From Actinomycetota bacterium (GTDB lineage Bacteria > Actinomycetota > Actinomycetes > Actinomycetales > Microbacteriaceae): a stretch of 64,000 nt of DNA. A model generated the notes under the pieces. That model had not been told where the DNA came from. It searched no databases and saw only the letters and a list, made by a program, of their open reading frames with translations. This document shows, piece by piece, positions 1-10,939 of the stretch; the stretch's first letter is position 1, and every line of letters starts with the position of its first letter. The stretch lies in NCBI GenBank assembly GCA_041181585.1, contig JBEGPG010000074.1, positions 35,778-99,777 on the forward strand. Direction: 5' to 3'. Position numbers and translations under genes: made by a program.

Positions 1-2056
1 GCATCCCAGCGAGAAGGTATTGGTTGATGATATCCAACGCTTTATCTCCGTTGGCAACTGCCTCGTCGAGATCTGCCTCAAGCCCTTTTCGTTCACCAGT
101 AATGATGCGCTGCTTCAATCGCTCGTGCAGTGGCATGTTGGCTAGTTCTTCGGCACGCGACGCCTTTGCCGCCTGAGAATCAACTCCGTCGAACACCTCA
201 AGGTATCTAGCCAGAGGATCAAAAGTAACTGCACCGGTAACGTCGTATTCGCGTCTGTCGAAAATCAAATCCAGAGCAGCTTGTAACTGTTCGTTTGGGA
301 TTTGGTTCAGCGGAAGAATCTTGGCTGAGTGAACGATAGCTGAGGTGAGCCCTACCTTGCGACACTCTGCCAGGAACACTGAGTTCAAGACCTGTCGTGC
401 TGCTGGATTTAGACCAAAGGAAATGTTTGAGATACCCAGGGTTGACTGCACTCCAGGATATTTCGCATGAAGCTCTCGAATAGCCTCAATGGTTTCGATT
501 CCATCCCTACGTGTCTCGTCCTGACCGGTCGCGATTGGGAATGTGAGGGTGTCCACCATAATGTCTTCGATACGCATGCCCCAGTTTGAGGTGAGATCGG
601 TAATCAGGCGCTCAGCTATGGCCATCTTTGAAACTGCGGTTCTCGCCTGGCCAGCTTCGTCGATGGTTAGCGCAACTACGGCTGCTCCATGTTCACGAAC
701 CAATGGCATGATTCGCTGAAATCTTGAGTTTGGACCGTCGCCGTCTTCGTAGTTGACAGAGTTGACCAGAGCTCGACCAGCATAGGCTTCCAAGCCGGTT
801 TGCAGAACAAGAGGTTCGGTTGAGTCAAGAACCAGAGGAAGAGTGGAGGCAGTTGCCAAGCGACTGACCATCTCATGCATGTCACGTGAGCCATCCCGAC
901 CCACGTAATCCACGCATAGATCTAGCGCGTGTGCTCCGTCGCGTGCCTGTTCCTTGGCGATTTCAATGCATTCTTCCCAGTTTTCGGAGAGCATGGCGTC
1001 ACGAAATGCTTTGGAGCCATTAGCATTGGTGCGCTCTCCAATCGAAAAGTAGGTGGCGTCTTGACGGTATGGCTGCAACTGGTACAGGCTAGCAAGTCCA
1101 GGCTCAGGCGAAACGATGGGTTCGCCGGCTTCAGTTTCCTTCGCAACTTTCGCTATTGCGGAAATGTGTGCCGGAGTGGTTCCACAACAACCGCCGAGAA
1201 GACCAACTCCAAACTCACGAATAAAAGCAGCTTGTGAAAGAGCTAGTTCATCTGGCCCAAGCGGGTAGTAAGCGCCATCAGAGGTTAGGACTGGTAAACC
1301 TGCATTCGGCATAACCGATATGGGCAAGTTTGTGTTCTTTGATAGGTAGCGAAGATGTTCGCTCATTTCAAGCGGACCTGTCGCGCAGTTGAGCCCTATG
1401 GCGTCAATACCCAATGCTTCCAAAACCGTCAGAGCCGCACCAATTTCGGAGCCCAGAAGCATCGTTCCGGTGGTTTCGATCGTGACTGAGACGATGATTG
1501 GAAGATTAATCCCTGAATGTGACATCGCCCGCTTAGCACCCACAATTGCAGATTTGGTCTGCAGGAGATCCTGAGTAGTTTCAACCAACAACGCATCTGC
1601 TCCCCCGTCTATAAGTCCGGCGACTTGTAGCTGATAGGCGTCGCGAAGGACGGAGAACTTTTCATGCCCCAACGTTGGCAATTTCGTGCCAGGTCCGATC
1701 GATCCAAGTACCCACTTGACATCTTCGAACTCATCGGCGACATTTCTAGCTAACGCAGCACCGGCTTTCGAGAGCTCATAGATGCGTTCAGGAATTCCGT
1801 ATTCGGATAAGTTGGCGAAGTTTGCGCCAAAGGTGTTGGTTTCAACCGCTTCTGCACCAGCGTTGAAATACTGTCGGTGAATCTCAGAAATCAGCTCGGG
1901 GCGGGTTACATTGAGGATTTCATTGCAACCCTCTAGGTTTTCGAAGTCGTCGAGTGTCGGGTTCTCAGCCTGAATCATTGTTCCCATTGCGCCATCGGCC
2001 ACCACCACGCGCGTTCGAATAGCGTCGATAAGGGCCTGGGATCTGGGATTGAACAT
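1..2056 (-). CDS. metH: B12-dependent methionine synthase (5' part; continues past the left edge)
   Basis: Translated by hand because it is absent from the ORF track. Starts MFNPRSQALIDAIRTRVVVADGAMGTMIQ. Has the Zn/homocysteine motifs GLNCATGP and GGCCGT, pterin-domain GERTN and GISNISFGL, and ends in the B12 cap domain (ERLKQRIITGERKGLEADLDEA...IINQYLLAGM). Confidence 0.95.
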   Translation of the reverse strand, partial: MFNPRSQALIDAIRTRVVVADGAMGTMIQAENPTLDDFENLEGCNEILNVTRPELISEIHRQYFNAGAEAVETNTFGANFANLSEYGIPERIYELSKAGAALARNVADEFEDVKWVLGSIGPGTKLPTLGHEKFSVLRDAYQLQVAGLIDGGADALLVETTQDLLQTKSAIVGAKRAMSHSGINLPIIVSVTIETTGTMLLGSEIGAALTVLEALGIDAIGLNCATGPLEMSEHLRYLSKNTNLPISVMPNAGLPVLTSDGAYYPLGPDELALSQAAFIREFGVGLLGGCCGTTPAHISAIAKVAKETEAGEPIVSPEPGLASLYQLQPYRQDATYFSIGERTNANGSKAFRDAMLSENWEECIEIAKEQARDGAHALDLCVDYVGRDGSRDMHEMVSRLATASTLPLVLDSTEPLVLQTGLEAYAGRALVNSVNYEDGDGPNSRFQRIMPLVREHGAAVVALTIDEAGQARTAVSKMAIAERLITDLTSNWGMRIEDIMVDTLTFPIATGQDETRRDGIETIEAIRELHAKYPGVQSTLGISNISFGLNPAARQVLNSVFLAECRKVGLTSAIVHSAKILPLNQIPNEQLQAALDLIFDRREYDVTGAVTFDPLARYLEVFDGVDSQAAKASRAEELANMPLHERLKQRIITGERKGLEADLDEAVANGDKALDIINQYLLAGM

Positions 2057-2097
2057 CTCTCTAATTTTACAGCGAGGTACTGAGGTAAAATTGAGAA
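2057..2097. promoter_or_regulatory. back-to-back -10 elements for leaderless metH and metF
   Basis: + strand: TAAAAT (2086-2091), 6 nt, then ATG. - strand: TAAAAT (2069-2064), 7 nt, then ATG. No Shine-Dalgarno (SD) sequence on either side. Confidence 0.7.
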
Positions 2098-2970
2098 ATG
2101 CCTGCTCCCGAAAACTTTGTCTCGAAACTAATTTCGCGCGAGCAGACGACCCTGTCTTTCGAGTTCTTCCCCCCGAAAACTCCGGAAGCTCGCCATTCTC
2201 TAGAAATTGCATTCGATGAACTCTTAGTTCACAGTCCCGACTTTGTTTCGGTTACCTACGGCGCAATGGGTTCAAATCAAGAGACCAGCCTTGAAGTTGT
2301 TGAGTCGCTAGCATCGAGAGTTCCAACTATTGCACATCTCACCTGCATCGGTTCTAAGAGACGACAAATCGTGAGTCTCCTGCAACGCTACGAGTCTGCT
2401 GGTGTAGCTGGTTTACTCGCTCTTCGAGGGGACCTTCCAGCTGGTGTGGATGAGATGCCTGAATCTGAATTCACTTACGCTATTGAGCTCTTGGAGCTCG
2501 CAAAGCAATCATCCTCACTCCAGTTGGGTGTGTCAGCATTCCCAGAAAAGCACCCCGATTCACCAAGTCTCGAATTCGACGTTGAGATTCTGAAACGTAA
2601 GGCGGACCTAGGAGCCACGTTCGCCATGACTCAACTTTTCTTTGATAATCAAGCGTATGAGAGGCTTCGCGACCGAGCAATCCGCGCTGGAGTTGAGATT
2701 CCAATTGTTGCAGGGGTGATGCCAATCGCCAATTCAAAGCAGGTGCTTCGAATGGCTCAGATGTCTGGAGCAGCGCTCCCTAATGAGCTTGTGAAGGCGC
2801 TCGACGAAGCCAACACTGAAGAAGACGCCAGAAAGATCGGTATGGACTTCACCGCAGCGCAGGTTGAATCTCTGGTCGCAGCACAAGCTCCAGGCGTTCA
2901 TATATTCACTCTGAATCACCATGGCCCGACCAACGAATTGATTGCTGCTACATCTTTGGCTAGCAGATAA
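2098..2970 (+). CDS. metF: 5,10-methylenetetrahydrofolate reductase
   Basis: Motifs SFEFFPPK, FVSVTYGA, AHLTC, LALRGD, TQLFFD, HIFTLN. Confidence 0.95.
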   Translation: MPAPENFVSKLISREQTTLSFEFFPPKTPEARHSLEIAFDELLVHSPDFVSVTYGAMGSNQETSLEVVESLASRVPTIAHLTCIGSKRRQIVSLLQRYESAGVAGLLALRGDLPAGVDEMPESEFTYAIELLELAKQSSSLQLGVSAFPEKHPDSPSLEFDVEILKRKADLGATFAMTQLFFDNQAYERLRDRAIRAGVEIPIVAGVMPIANSKQVLRMAQMSGAALPNELVKALDEANTEEDARKIGMDFTAAQVESLVAAQAPGVHIFTLNHHGPTNELIAATSLASR

Positions 2971-2999
2971 AGTCACAACTCTCCCCTAGTCTGTTGCCT

Positions 3000-3737
3000 A
3001 TGGGTATTGATGATCTATTTGAACTACCGAGCGAAACGCTACCCGAGTGGGCAACTAAACCGATTGCGGTATTCGACTTGGAAACAACTGGTCTAGACCA
3101 TCGGACCTCCAGAATAGTTACAGCCTGTGCGGTACTTATCGATCCCAGCGGCGCCCCACTGAGTACTCATTCAGAGTGGCTTGCAAACCCGGGAGTTGAG
3201 ATACCTCCAGAGGCGAGCGCGGTTCATGGCATCACCGATGAAATTGCCCGTGCAAAGGGAAGAGACTTAGCGGAAGTTGTATCAGAAATTGTGAGCACTC
3301 TCACCGGATTCTTCGACCTTGGCATACCTGTCGTCGCATACAACGCGCCTTACGACTTTACGATTCTTCATCAGCACGCTGACGATTTCGGTATCGCCTG
3401 GCCAACTGGTGAACTTCCAATCATCGATCCACTCGTGATTGATAAGAAGTTGGTTAAGTACCGTAAGGGCAAACGTCGTCTCGAAAACGTTGCAGAGGTT
3501 TACGGGGTGAAGTTACTAGATGCCCACAACGCAACCGCAGATGCAATTGCCGCGGGTCAAATTGCCTATGCCCTAGCAAAGGCTTTTCCTTCTCAGCTCT
3601 CACATTCACTTTCCGAGCTTCATGCTCTTCAAAAGAAATGGTCGGCAGAGCTTGACGAAGAATTCACAAGTTACATGCACTCGATCGGAAAGACCGACTT
3701 TTCGGCAAAGATCGGTTGGCCCGAGAAACCGAGATAA
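3000..3737 (+). CDS. DEDDh 3'-5' exonuclease (DnaQ/epsilon-like)
   Basis: ExoI DLETTG, ExoII YNAPYD, ExoIII HNATADA. The ATG at 3000 is preceded by TAGTCT-N7. Confidence 0.88.
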   Translation: MGIDDLFELPSETLPEWATKPIAVFDLETTGLDHRTSRIVTACAVLIDPSGAPLSTHSEWLANPGVEIPPEASAVHGITDEIARAKGRDLAEVVSEIVSTLTGFFDLGIPVVAYNAPYDFTILHQHADDFGIAWPTGELPIIDPLVIDKKLVKYRKGKRRLENVAEVYGVKLLDAHNATADAIAAGQIAYALAKAFPSQLSHSLSELHALQKKWSAELDEEFTSYMHSIGKTDFSAKIGWPEKPR

Positions 3738-3738
3738 G

Positions 3739-3770
3739 AAAAAGCCCCAGCCATTAGACTGGGGCTTTTT
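3739..3770. terminator. bidirectional intrinsic terminator
   Basis: AAAAAGCCCCAG-N8-CTGGGGCTTTTT between the convergent exonuclease and rpmE2 genes. Confidence 0.9.
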
Positions 3771-3780
3771 GTTCTTAGCT

Positions 3781-4032
3781 CTAGGCTCCGAAGTTCTTGT
3801 AACGGGCGTTGAAGCGCTCTACACGACCAGCCGAGTCCATAATGCGCTGCTTTCCGGTGTAGAAAGGGTGCGACTCAGACGAAATTTCAACGTCGTAGAC
3901 CGGGTAGGTGTTACCGTCTTCCCACTCAATGGTCTTGCTGCTGGTGATGGTCGAACGGGTAAGGAATGCTACTCCCGATGCCAAGTCGCGGAAAACGATT
4001 GGCTCATACTTTGGGTGAATTTCAGCCTTCAT
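3781..4032 (-). CDS. rpmE2: 50S ribosomal protein L31 type B (no CxxC, Zn-independent)
   Basis: MKAEIHPKY...[31 protein letters not shown]. Confidence 0.95.
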   Translation of the reverse strand: MKAEIHPKYEPIVFRDLASGVAFLTRSTITSSKTIEWEDGNTYPVYDVEISSESHPFYTGKQRIMDSAGRVERFNARYKNFGA

Positions 4033-4114
4033 GGTAAATCCTCAAGAAAAAAGTCTTCGATTGTTGCGATGGCAACCTAAAAACTATACCAGAGTCGCCG
4101 TGTGCTTACCAGCA

Positions 4115-4897
4115 CTAACGTGCACGAACCTGAAAGCGTCCTTGCTCGTGCGAAACGTTAAGACCGAAACCAAAAGTCTCACTCAAGAGTTCGCTGGTAA
4201 TCACGCGGTCAATTTCGCCCTGAGCTACGACAGATCCTTCATTGAGAAGCAGAGCATGGCTAAAGCCTCGTGGGATCTCTTCCAGGTGGTGAGTCACCAT
4301 AATCATGGCCGGTGCGCTTGGGGAACTTGCGTATTCACCTAAAAGAGCCACTGTTTGTTCGCGTGCACCTAGATCAAGGCTTGCAACAGGCTCATCCAAA
4401 AGCAACAGCTCTGGATCGGTCATTACAGCTCTAGCCAGTTGAACGCGCTTACGCTCGCCATCGCTGAGAGTTCCAAAAGCGCGATCGGCGTGATCGGCAA
4501 GGTCCCACTCGGCTAAGACTCTTCTAGCTCTGCGTTCGTCGATGTCTTCGTACTTCTCGGTCCATCGGCCGGTGATTGCATAGCTGGCAGTCATTACAGC
4601 GTTGAGCACTGATTCACTATTAGGAATGTGAGAAACCAAGCTGCTGGAGGCAAAACCAACCCGAGTGCGCAGATCAAATACGTTGACTCCCCCCAGTAAC
4701 TCTCCAAGAATCGAGGCACTACCCATCGTTGGCTGAATTTGCGCTGCCGCAACCTTGAGCAAGGTGGTCTTTCCAGCTCCGTTTGGCCCCACGATTACCC
4801 AGCGTTGGTTGTCTTCGACGGTCCAGTCAATTCCGTTCAGAATAGAGTGGCCATCGCGAACCACTGAAACATTTTCTAAATGGAGCGTCTTAGTCAT
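4115..4897 (-). CDS. ABC transporter ATP-binding protein (no permease adjacent)
   Basis: Walker A GPNGAGKT, signature LSDGE, Walker B LLLLDEP, H-loop VTHH. Confidence 0.88.
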   Translation of the reverse strand: MTKTLHLENVSVVRDGHSILNGIDWTVEDNQRWVIVGPNGAGKTTLLKVAAAQIQPTMGSASILGELLGGVNVFDLRTRVGFASSSLVSHIPNSESVLNAVMTASYAITGRWTEKYEDIDERRARRVLAEWDLADHADRAFGTLSDGERKRVQLARAVMTDPELLLLDEPVASLDLGAREQTVALLGEYASSPSAPAMIMVTHHLEEIPRGFSHALLLNEGSVVAQGEIDRVITSELLSETFGFGLNVSHEQGRFQVRAR

Positions 4898-4906
4898 GGA
4901 AGTAGC

Positions 4907-6097
4907 CTAAACGAATGACTCAATTGCGTTGCGGTAGACAGCGATTGTGTCTGCGGCAATTGAGTCCCAGCTGAAGTGAGCTTCGACTCGACTGCGACCT
5001 GCTTGACCCATTGCAGACAAATCAAACTCGCTAAGAGCACGATTGAGAGCGTTTGCCGTATCCGCAACGAACTTTTGCTCATCCAGCGGCTTACCTGAGC
5101 CATCCAGGACTTGTTCGATCGGTACAAGTAACCCGGTAACGCCGTCTTCGACAACTTCAGGTATACCACCAGTGGCGGTTGCAACTACCGGTATGCCACA
5201 AGCCATTGCCTCGAGATTTACTATGCCCAAAGGTTCGTAAATTGATGGGCAAGCAAAAATCGTCGCACTTGATAGCACCGCGATTAGTTCAGTTCTGCTC
5301 AAGTGACGTTCGATCCAAATCACACCGTCACGCTTCTTCTTAAGTTCGTCGACGAGATCGACCACCTGTTGCTGTATTTCCTTGGTGTCGGGTGCGCCAG
5401 CGCAGAGAACTACTTGAACGTCGGACGGTAGTTCGGCTACAGCCTTCAAAAGATATGGAAGACCCTTTTGCTGCGTGATTCGACCCACGAATACCACTGA
5501 GCGTCTATCTGGATCAACCCCAAGAGAACGAACCAAATCAGGATTTGCAGCCGATTGAAATGCGCTTAGGTCGATACCATTGTGAACAACGCTGACCTTG
5601 TTTGGGTCAATCTGAGGGTAAGCACGCAGGATGTCATCACGCATACCCGCACTTACAGCAACGATTCCGGTGGCGGCTTCATAAGCTGTGCGTTCAACCC
5701 AGGATGAAACCGCATAGCCGCCGCCAAGTTGATCCTTCTTCCAAGGACGTAATGGCTCTAGGCTGTGCGCGGTAATCAGATGCGGAATTCCGTGGAGCGA
5801 ACCAGCAACGTGACCCGCGAAGTTGGCGTACCAGGTGTGAGAGTGGACCAAATCGGCGCCAGCTACATCTGAGACCATTGCCAGATCGGTAGCCATGGTT
5901 TGAATTGCCGCATTAGCCGAGTCAAAAACAGTCGGTAGAGCGTACGATTTTGTATCTTTTTCATCACGATCGTCACCGAAGCATCGAACCTGTACATCGA
6001 TCGATTTTCGCAGAACTTTCACTAATTCAGCGACATGTACGCCCGCTCCACCATAAATGTGCGGTGGATATTCCTTGGTGATTAGATCAATTCTCAT
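4907..6097 (-). CDS. glgA: GT4 glycogen synthase / maltose-1-phosphate synthase (GlgA/GlgM)
   Basis: [36 protein letters not shown]; divergent from glgC. Confidence 0.92.
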   Translation of the reverse strand: MRIDLITKEYPPHIYGGAGVHVAELVKVLRKSIDVQVRCFGDDRDEKDTKSYALPTVFDSANAAIQTMATDLAMVSDVAGADLVHSHTWYANFAGHVAGSLHGIPHLITAHSLEPLRPWKKDQLGGGYAVSSWVERTAYEAATGIVAVSAGMRDDILRAYPQIDPNKVSVVHNGIDLSAFQSAANPDLVRSLGVDPDRRSVVFVGRITQQKGLPYLLKAVAELPSDVQVVLCAGAPDTKEIQQQVVDLVDELKKKRDGVIWIERHLSRTELIAVLSSATIFACPSIYEPLGIVNLEAMACGIPVVATATGGIPEVVEDGVTGLLVPIEQVLDGSGKPLDEQKFVADTANALNRALSEFDLSAMGQAGRSRVEAHFSWDSIAADTIAVYRNAIESFV

Positions 6098-6144
6098 GAC
6101 GCAATGTTAACTATGTTTTTTGAATTGGCACTACCATCGCAAAT
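6098..6144. promoter_or_regulatory. divergent -10 elements for leaderless glgA and glgC
   Basis: - strand TAACAT-N6-ATG; + strand TACCAT(6132-6137)-N7-ATG. Confidence 0.6.
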
Positions 6145-7386
6145 ATGGCAACAAGAAGAATCTTTGGAATGGTGCTGGCGGGTGGCGAAGGAAAACGTCT
6201 TATGCCACTTACCGCAGACCGCGCAAAACCTGCAGTTCCCTTTGGCGGGAGCTACCGTCTAATCGACTTTGCTTTATCAAACCTGATAAATTCCGGAGTA
6301 CGCCGTATAGTCGTCCTGACTCAATACAAATCGCATTCGCTCGACCGTCACATCTCACAGACCTGGCGAATGTCGCCGCTACTTGGCTCATATGTAGCTT
6401 CGGTGCCAGCTCAACAACGACTCGGCAAGCGTTGGTTCTCCGGTTCGGCAGACGCCATCCTGCAGAGTATGAACCTACTTTCCGATGAAACGCCTGACTA
6501 CGTTGTGGTTATTGGCGCGGACCACGTTTATCGTATGGATTTCGATCAGATGATTGAAGCTCACATCGCTTCTGGTCGAGGTGTAACCGTGGCTGCAATT
6601 CGCCAGCCGATGAGCCTTGCCAATCAATTTGGCGTTATCGAGGTTGACAACCACGACGCTACCAAAATCGCCGCATTCAAAGAAAAGCCGAGCGATCCAA
6701 AGGGACTCCCGGATTCACCTCATGAGGTCTTGGCCTCAATGGGTAACTACGTCTTTACCGCACAAGCTCTAATCGACGCTATCGAACACGATGGCAAGCT
6801 AGACGACTCTTCACACGACATGGGTGGCGACATCATTCCCTATATGGTTGGTCGAGATGATGCGGGAGTTTACGATTTCACGTTCAATGAGATCCCTGGC
6901 GCCACGGTCCGCGATAAGAGTTACTGGCGAGATGTCGGAACAATCGACTCCTACTTCGATGCGCACATGGACTTGATTTCCGTGATGCCAATATTCAATC
7001 TCTATAACAATGAGTGGCCAATCTTCACCCAGCAAATCAACTTGCCGCCTGCGAAGTTCGTGCACGATGGAGAAGGTAACCAGGGTCGTACCACGGATTC
7101 GATTGTGTCTCTAGGCACGGTGGTTTCCGGTGGCATTGTCGAACGCTCGGTCCTGTCCCCTTGGGTGAAGATTAACTCAAACGCTTTGATCACCGATTCG
7201 GTGCTTCTCGACGGCGTGGTTATTGGTCGGAATGCGACGGTGAGACGTGCGATTCTCGACAAATCGGTTGTGATTGCTGATGGAGCGGCGGTAGGTGTTG
7301 ATCGACAGCGCGACTTAGACCGTGGCTTCACCGTGACGGAATCCGGCATCACGGTTGTTGCCAAAGGTACACTAGTCACACCTTGA
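6145..7386 (+). CDS. glgC: glucose-1-phosphate adenylyltransferase
   Basis: [38 protein letters not shown]. Confidence 0.96.
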   Translation: MATRRIFGMVLAGGEGKRLMPLTADRAKPAVPFGGSYRLIDFALSNLINSGVRRIVVLTQYKSHSLDRHISQTWRMSPLLGSYVASVPAQQRLGKRWFSGSADAILQSMNLLSDETPDYVVVIGADHVYRMDFDQMIEAHIASGRGVTVAAIRQPMSLANQFGVIEVDNHDATKIAAFKEKPSDPKGLPDSPHEVLASMGNYVFTAQALIDAIEHDGKLDDSSHDMGGDIIPYMVGRDDAGVYDFTFNEIPGATVRDKSYWRDVGTIDSYFDAHMDLISVMPIFNLYNNEWPIFTQQINLPPAKFVHDGEGNQGRTTDSIVSLGTVVSGGIVERSVLSPWVKINSNALITDSVLLDGVVIGRNATVRRAILDKSVVIADGAAVGVDRQRDLDRGFTVTESGITVVAKGTLVTP

Positions 7387-8015
7387 GTTACCGATTAGTT
7401 GTTATGGATGTTGATTCAACCCTCATCCAAGATGAAGTTATTGAATTGCTCGCCGATTTTGCCGGCACGCGTGAACACGTCGCTGCAGTAACGGAGCGGG
7501 CCATGCGCGGGGAACTCGATTTCGCCGAGTCTTTGCGAGAACGCGTTGCCACTCTGGCTGGGCTTCCGGTTGAAGTACTAAAACGAGCTAAGGAACGGAT
7601 ACGTCTTAGTGTAGGTGCGAAGGAACTCATTTCGGCTGTGCATGCAGCTGGCGGACGAGTCGGTGCCGTATCTGGGGGGTTCAGTCAGATACTGCAACCA
7701 CTTGCCAATGAGTTATCGCTCGACTACAACCGCGCCAATGAACTTGAAATCGTTGATGGTAAATTGACCGGTCGAGTTCTCGGTGCCATTGTTGATCGTA
7801 AGGCCAAGGCGGATGCGCTCGTCGAGTGGGCGCATGACTTCGGGGTCTCCCCCAACGAGGTGGCGGCAATCGGCGATGGTGCGAACGATTTAGACATGTT
7901 CGAAGTGGCAGGTATCTCTTTTGCATACAATGCCAAACCGATGGTGCGCAAAGCAGCCGACGTGGCTATAGATGTTCCAGATCTATCTTTGGTGATTAGG
8001 CATTTAGGGCTTTAA
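7383..8015 (+). CDS. serB: phosphoserine phosphatase (HAD family, no ACT domain)
   Basis: [30 protein letters not shown]; 4-bp overlap with glgC. Confidence 0.92.
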   Translation: MSYRLVVMDVDSTLIQDEVIELLADFAGTREHVAAVTERAMRGELDFAESLRERVATLAGLPVEVLKRAKERIRLSVGAKELISAVHAAGGRVGAVSGGFSQILQPLANELSLDYNRANELEIVDGKLTGRVLGAIVDRKAKADALVEWAHDFGVSPNEVAAIGDGANDLDMFEVAGISFAYNAKPMVRKAADVAIDVPDLSLVIRHLGL

Positions 8016-8019
8016 AGAG

Positions 8020-8049
8020 ATTAGGGCCTCGATAATTCGAGGCCCTAAT
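8020..8049. terminator. bidirectional terminator hairpin
   Basis: 13-bp perfect stem ATTAGGGCCTCGA-TAAT-TCGAGGCCCTAAT between convergent serB and fabI. Confidence 0.85.
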
Positions 8050-8059
8050 TCTTTGTGGT

Positions 8060-8827
8060 CTAGGCACCGGTTGAGTGCAAGCCGCCATCAACGTGGATTA
8101 GCTCTCCAGTGGTGGCTGGGAACCAGTCTGATAGCAGTGCGATAATTCCACGAGCGGCGGCTTCGGTGTCAGTTAGGTCCCAACCCAAAGGCGCGCGCTC
8201 GGTCCAAAGTTCTTCCATAGTCGCGAAGCCAGGGATACCCTTGGCGGCCGTGGTACGTAGTGGTCCAGCCGAGATTAGGTTGACACGGATGCCGTCCTTG
8301 CCCAGGTAACGAGCAAGGTAGCGGCTAACCGACTCAAATGCTGCCTTAGCAACACCCATCCAGTCATATACCGGCCATGAAACAGTGGCGTCAAAGGTTA
8401 GGCCGACAACCGAAGATCCCTTGGTTAGAAGTGGCTTGGCGGCCATGGTAATTGACTTGAGCGAGTAAGCGGAAACCTGAACAGCGGTGGCAACGTCCAC
8501 CCACTCGGTTTCTAGGAAATTGCCACCCAGTGCGGTCTGCGGTGCGAATGCGATTGCGTGCACGATTCCATCTAGGTGTGGAAGGTGCTCCTTTACGCGC
8601 CCCTCAAGGGCTGCAAGATCGTCTGTATTAGTTGCGTCGAGTTCAATTACCTTAGCTGGCTTAGGTAGGCGTTCAGCAATCTTTTGGGTGATTGGCAACA
8701 TGCGACCAAAGGAAGAAAGCACGATTTCTGCACCCTGTTCCTGAGCGAGACGGGCAACCGAAAATGCGATTGACGATTCGGTTAGCACACCGGTGATTAG
8801 AAGCTTTTTACCTGCAAGGATGGACAT
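8060..8827 (-). CDS. fabI: enoyl-ACP reductase
   Basis: ITGVLTESSIAF, YDWMGVAKAA, ISAGPLRT, IHVDGG (InhA-like). Confidence 0.95.
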   Translation of the reverse strand: MSILAGKKLLITGVLTESSIAFSVARLAQEQGAEIVLSSFGRMLPITQKIAERLPKPAKVIELDATNTDDLAALEGRVKEHLPHLDGIVHAIAFAPQTALGGNFLETEWVDVATAVQVSAYSLKSITMAAKPLLTKGSSVVGLTFDATVSWPVYDWMGVAKAAFESVSRYLARYLGKDGIRVNLISAGPLRTTAAKGIPGFATMEELWTERAPLGWDLTDTEAAARGIIALLSDWFPATTGELIHVDGGLHSTGA

Positions 8828-8887
8828 CCAGATTTTCCGTTCTTTAATGGTTCTTCAATTTTGTCACGAAAACACTGAAACAAGCCG

Positions 8888-9649
<762 letters not shown>

Positions 9650-9679
9650 TTATACCCCGTTGCAATAACCTTTAATTAG

Positions 9680-9982
9680 ATGAAGCCAAAACCCAAACAC
9701 GTTGTTACCTCGATCGGCGAAGCCCCGGACGAGGAGCGCAAGCGCCGTATCGTCATCTATTCAATCTCAATGACTATCAGATTCTTTTGCGTAATTGCAT
9801 TGGTCTTCACGACTGGTGTCTGGCAGTGGTTATCCGGCATTGGCGCCATCTTCCTCCCCTATTTCGCGGTTGTTATCGCAAACAATGTTGGTGGCCAGGC
9901 AAAGCAGCATTCCAGTCCTAAAAGAGTTGAGCCGTTGGCGATTGATGTGGCTTCTCATCTGAAGGATAAAGATGGGCAGTAA
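9680..9982 (+). CDS. DUF3099-family small membrane protein
   Basis: R..Y.ISM.IR..C and LPYFAVVIAN motifs, two hydrophobic segments; usual neighbour of fabG and SURF1. Confidence 0.8.
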   Translation: MKPKPKHVVTSIGEAPDEERKRRIVIYSISMTIRFFCVIALVFTTGVWQWLSGIGAIFLPYFAVVIANNVGGQAKQHSSPKRVEPLAIDVASHLKDKDGQ

Positions 9983-10157
9983 GTGTTCAAGAACAGGCTG
10001 TGACAGTCCAGCAATTCAGTTCTTAGATTGGCGTAACCCGAAGATTCACTCTCCCGAAAAAGTGAAATCTTGGGCCACCTGTGGTGAGCACTATGACTAC
10101 TTTGTGTCTTATTTGACGATCAGAGGCTTTTTTCTAGCAACAAGGGATTTCCAATGA
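9972..10157 (+). CDS. small conserved actinobacterial Cys/His protein (putative Zn-binding)
   Basis: CSRTGC...WRNPKIH...W.TCGEH...YL..RGF; overlaps both neighbouring genes. Confidence 0.75.
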   Translation: MGSKCSRTGCDSPAIQFLDWRNPKIHSPEKVKSWATCGEHYDYFVSYLTIRGFFLATRDFQ

Positions 10158-10939
10158 AAAAGTGGCTCAATTGGATCGCACTCGTAGTGGTCTTTTCGGT
10201 CGCCTGCGGGTTCCTAGCGAATTGGCAGTTCACCCGAAGAGAAACCAAGCTCGCTGCTATTGCGTTGGTTCGGGAGAACTATCAGGCTGCTCCCACACCA
10301 ATTTCTGAACTCTTGAGGGATTCGAGCATGGATGCCTCTACTCAGCAATGGCGCCCAATTAGACTAGCGGGCAACTATTTACCCGAAAGATCCCTATTGG
10401 TTCGGAATAGGCCGAACAACGGTCAAGTCGGATTCGAACAACTTGTTCCATTTCAGGCCAATGGCTTCGGCATTGTTTACATCTCAAGAGGTTGGGTCCC
10501 CACTGGACAGTTCCAGGACAAGCCAGATCAAAATCCCCTTCCAACGGCGTCAACCACGACAGTAATTGCTCGCTTGGTCGGCGAGGAACCGAGGCTAGAT
10601 CGAACGGCGCCAAAAGGCGAAATCGCCACCATCAATATAGATCTCGCCAATAGCCTCACTGGATTGCATTCAGAGTTGGAAAACGGGTATCTAAGACTCA
10701 GTTCGGAATCTCCAATGCAATCGACTTCTCTCAAGCCGATGCCCGCTCCCAGTGTTGAAGAGGGCAACAACTTAAGTTACGCGGTTCAGTGGATAATCTT
10801 TGCCGTCATGGCAACGTTTGCGTTGATCTGGCGTATTCGAAGAGACTTCCAACTAGCAAACGGAACACTGAAGGCTAAGAGAAAAACCCAGGCCCAGATT
10901 GATGCCGAAACGGAAGATTTGCTTACGACAGCGAAATGA
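10154..10939 (+). CDS. SURF1-family cytochrome oxidase biogenesis protein
   Basis: N-terminal TM segment plus WQ..R, then SRGWVP, and NLSYAVQWIIFA C-terminal TM segment. Confidence 0.88.
   Translation: MKKWLNWIALVVVFSVACGFLANWQFTRRETKLAAIALVRENYQAAPTPISELLRDSSMDASTQQWRPIRLAGNYLPERSLLVRNRPNNGQVGFEQLVPFQANGFGIVYISRGWVPTGQFQDKPDQNPLPTASTTTVIARLVGEEPRLDRTAPKGEIATINIDLANSLTGLHSELENGYLRLSSESPMQSTSLKPMPAPSVEEGNNLSYAVQWIIFAVMATFALIWRIRRDFQLANGTLKAKRKTQAQIDAETEDLLTTAK

Noticed and set aside
2971-2992. AGTCAC-N10-TAGTCT before the exonuclease resembles the PafBC/RecA-NDp promoter motif
   Set aside because: The match to TGTCRG is only partial and too weak without conservation data.
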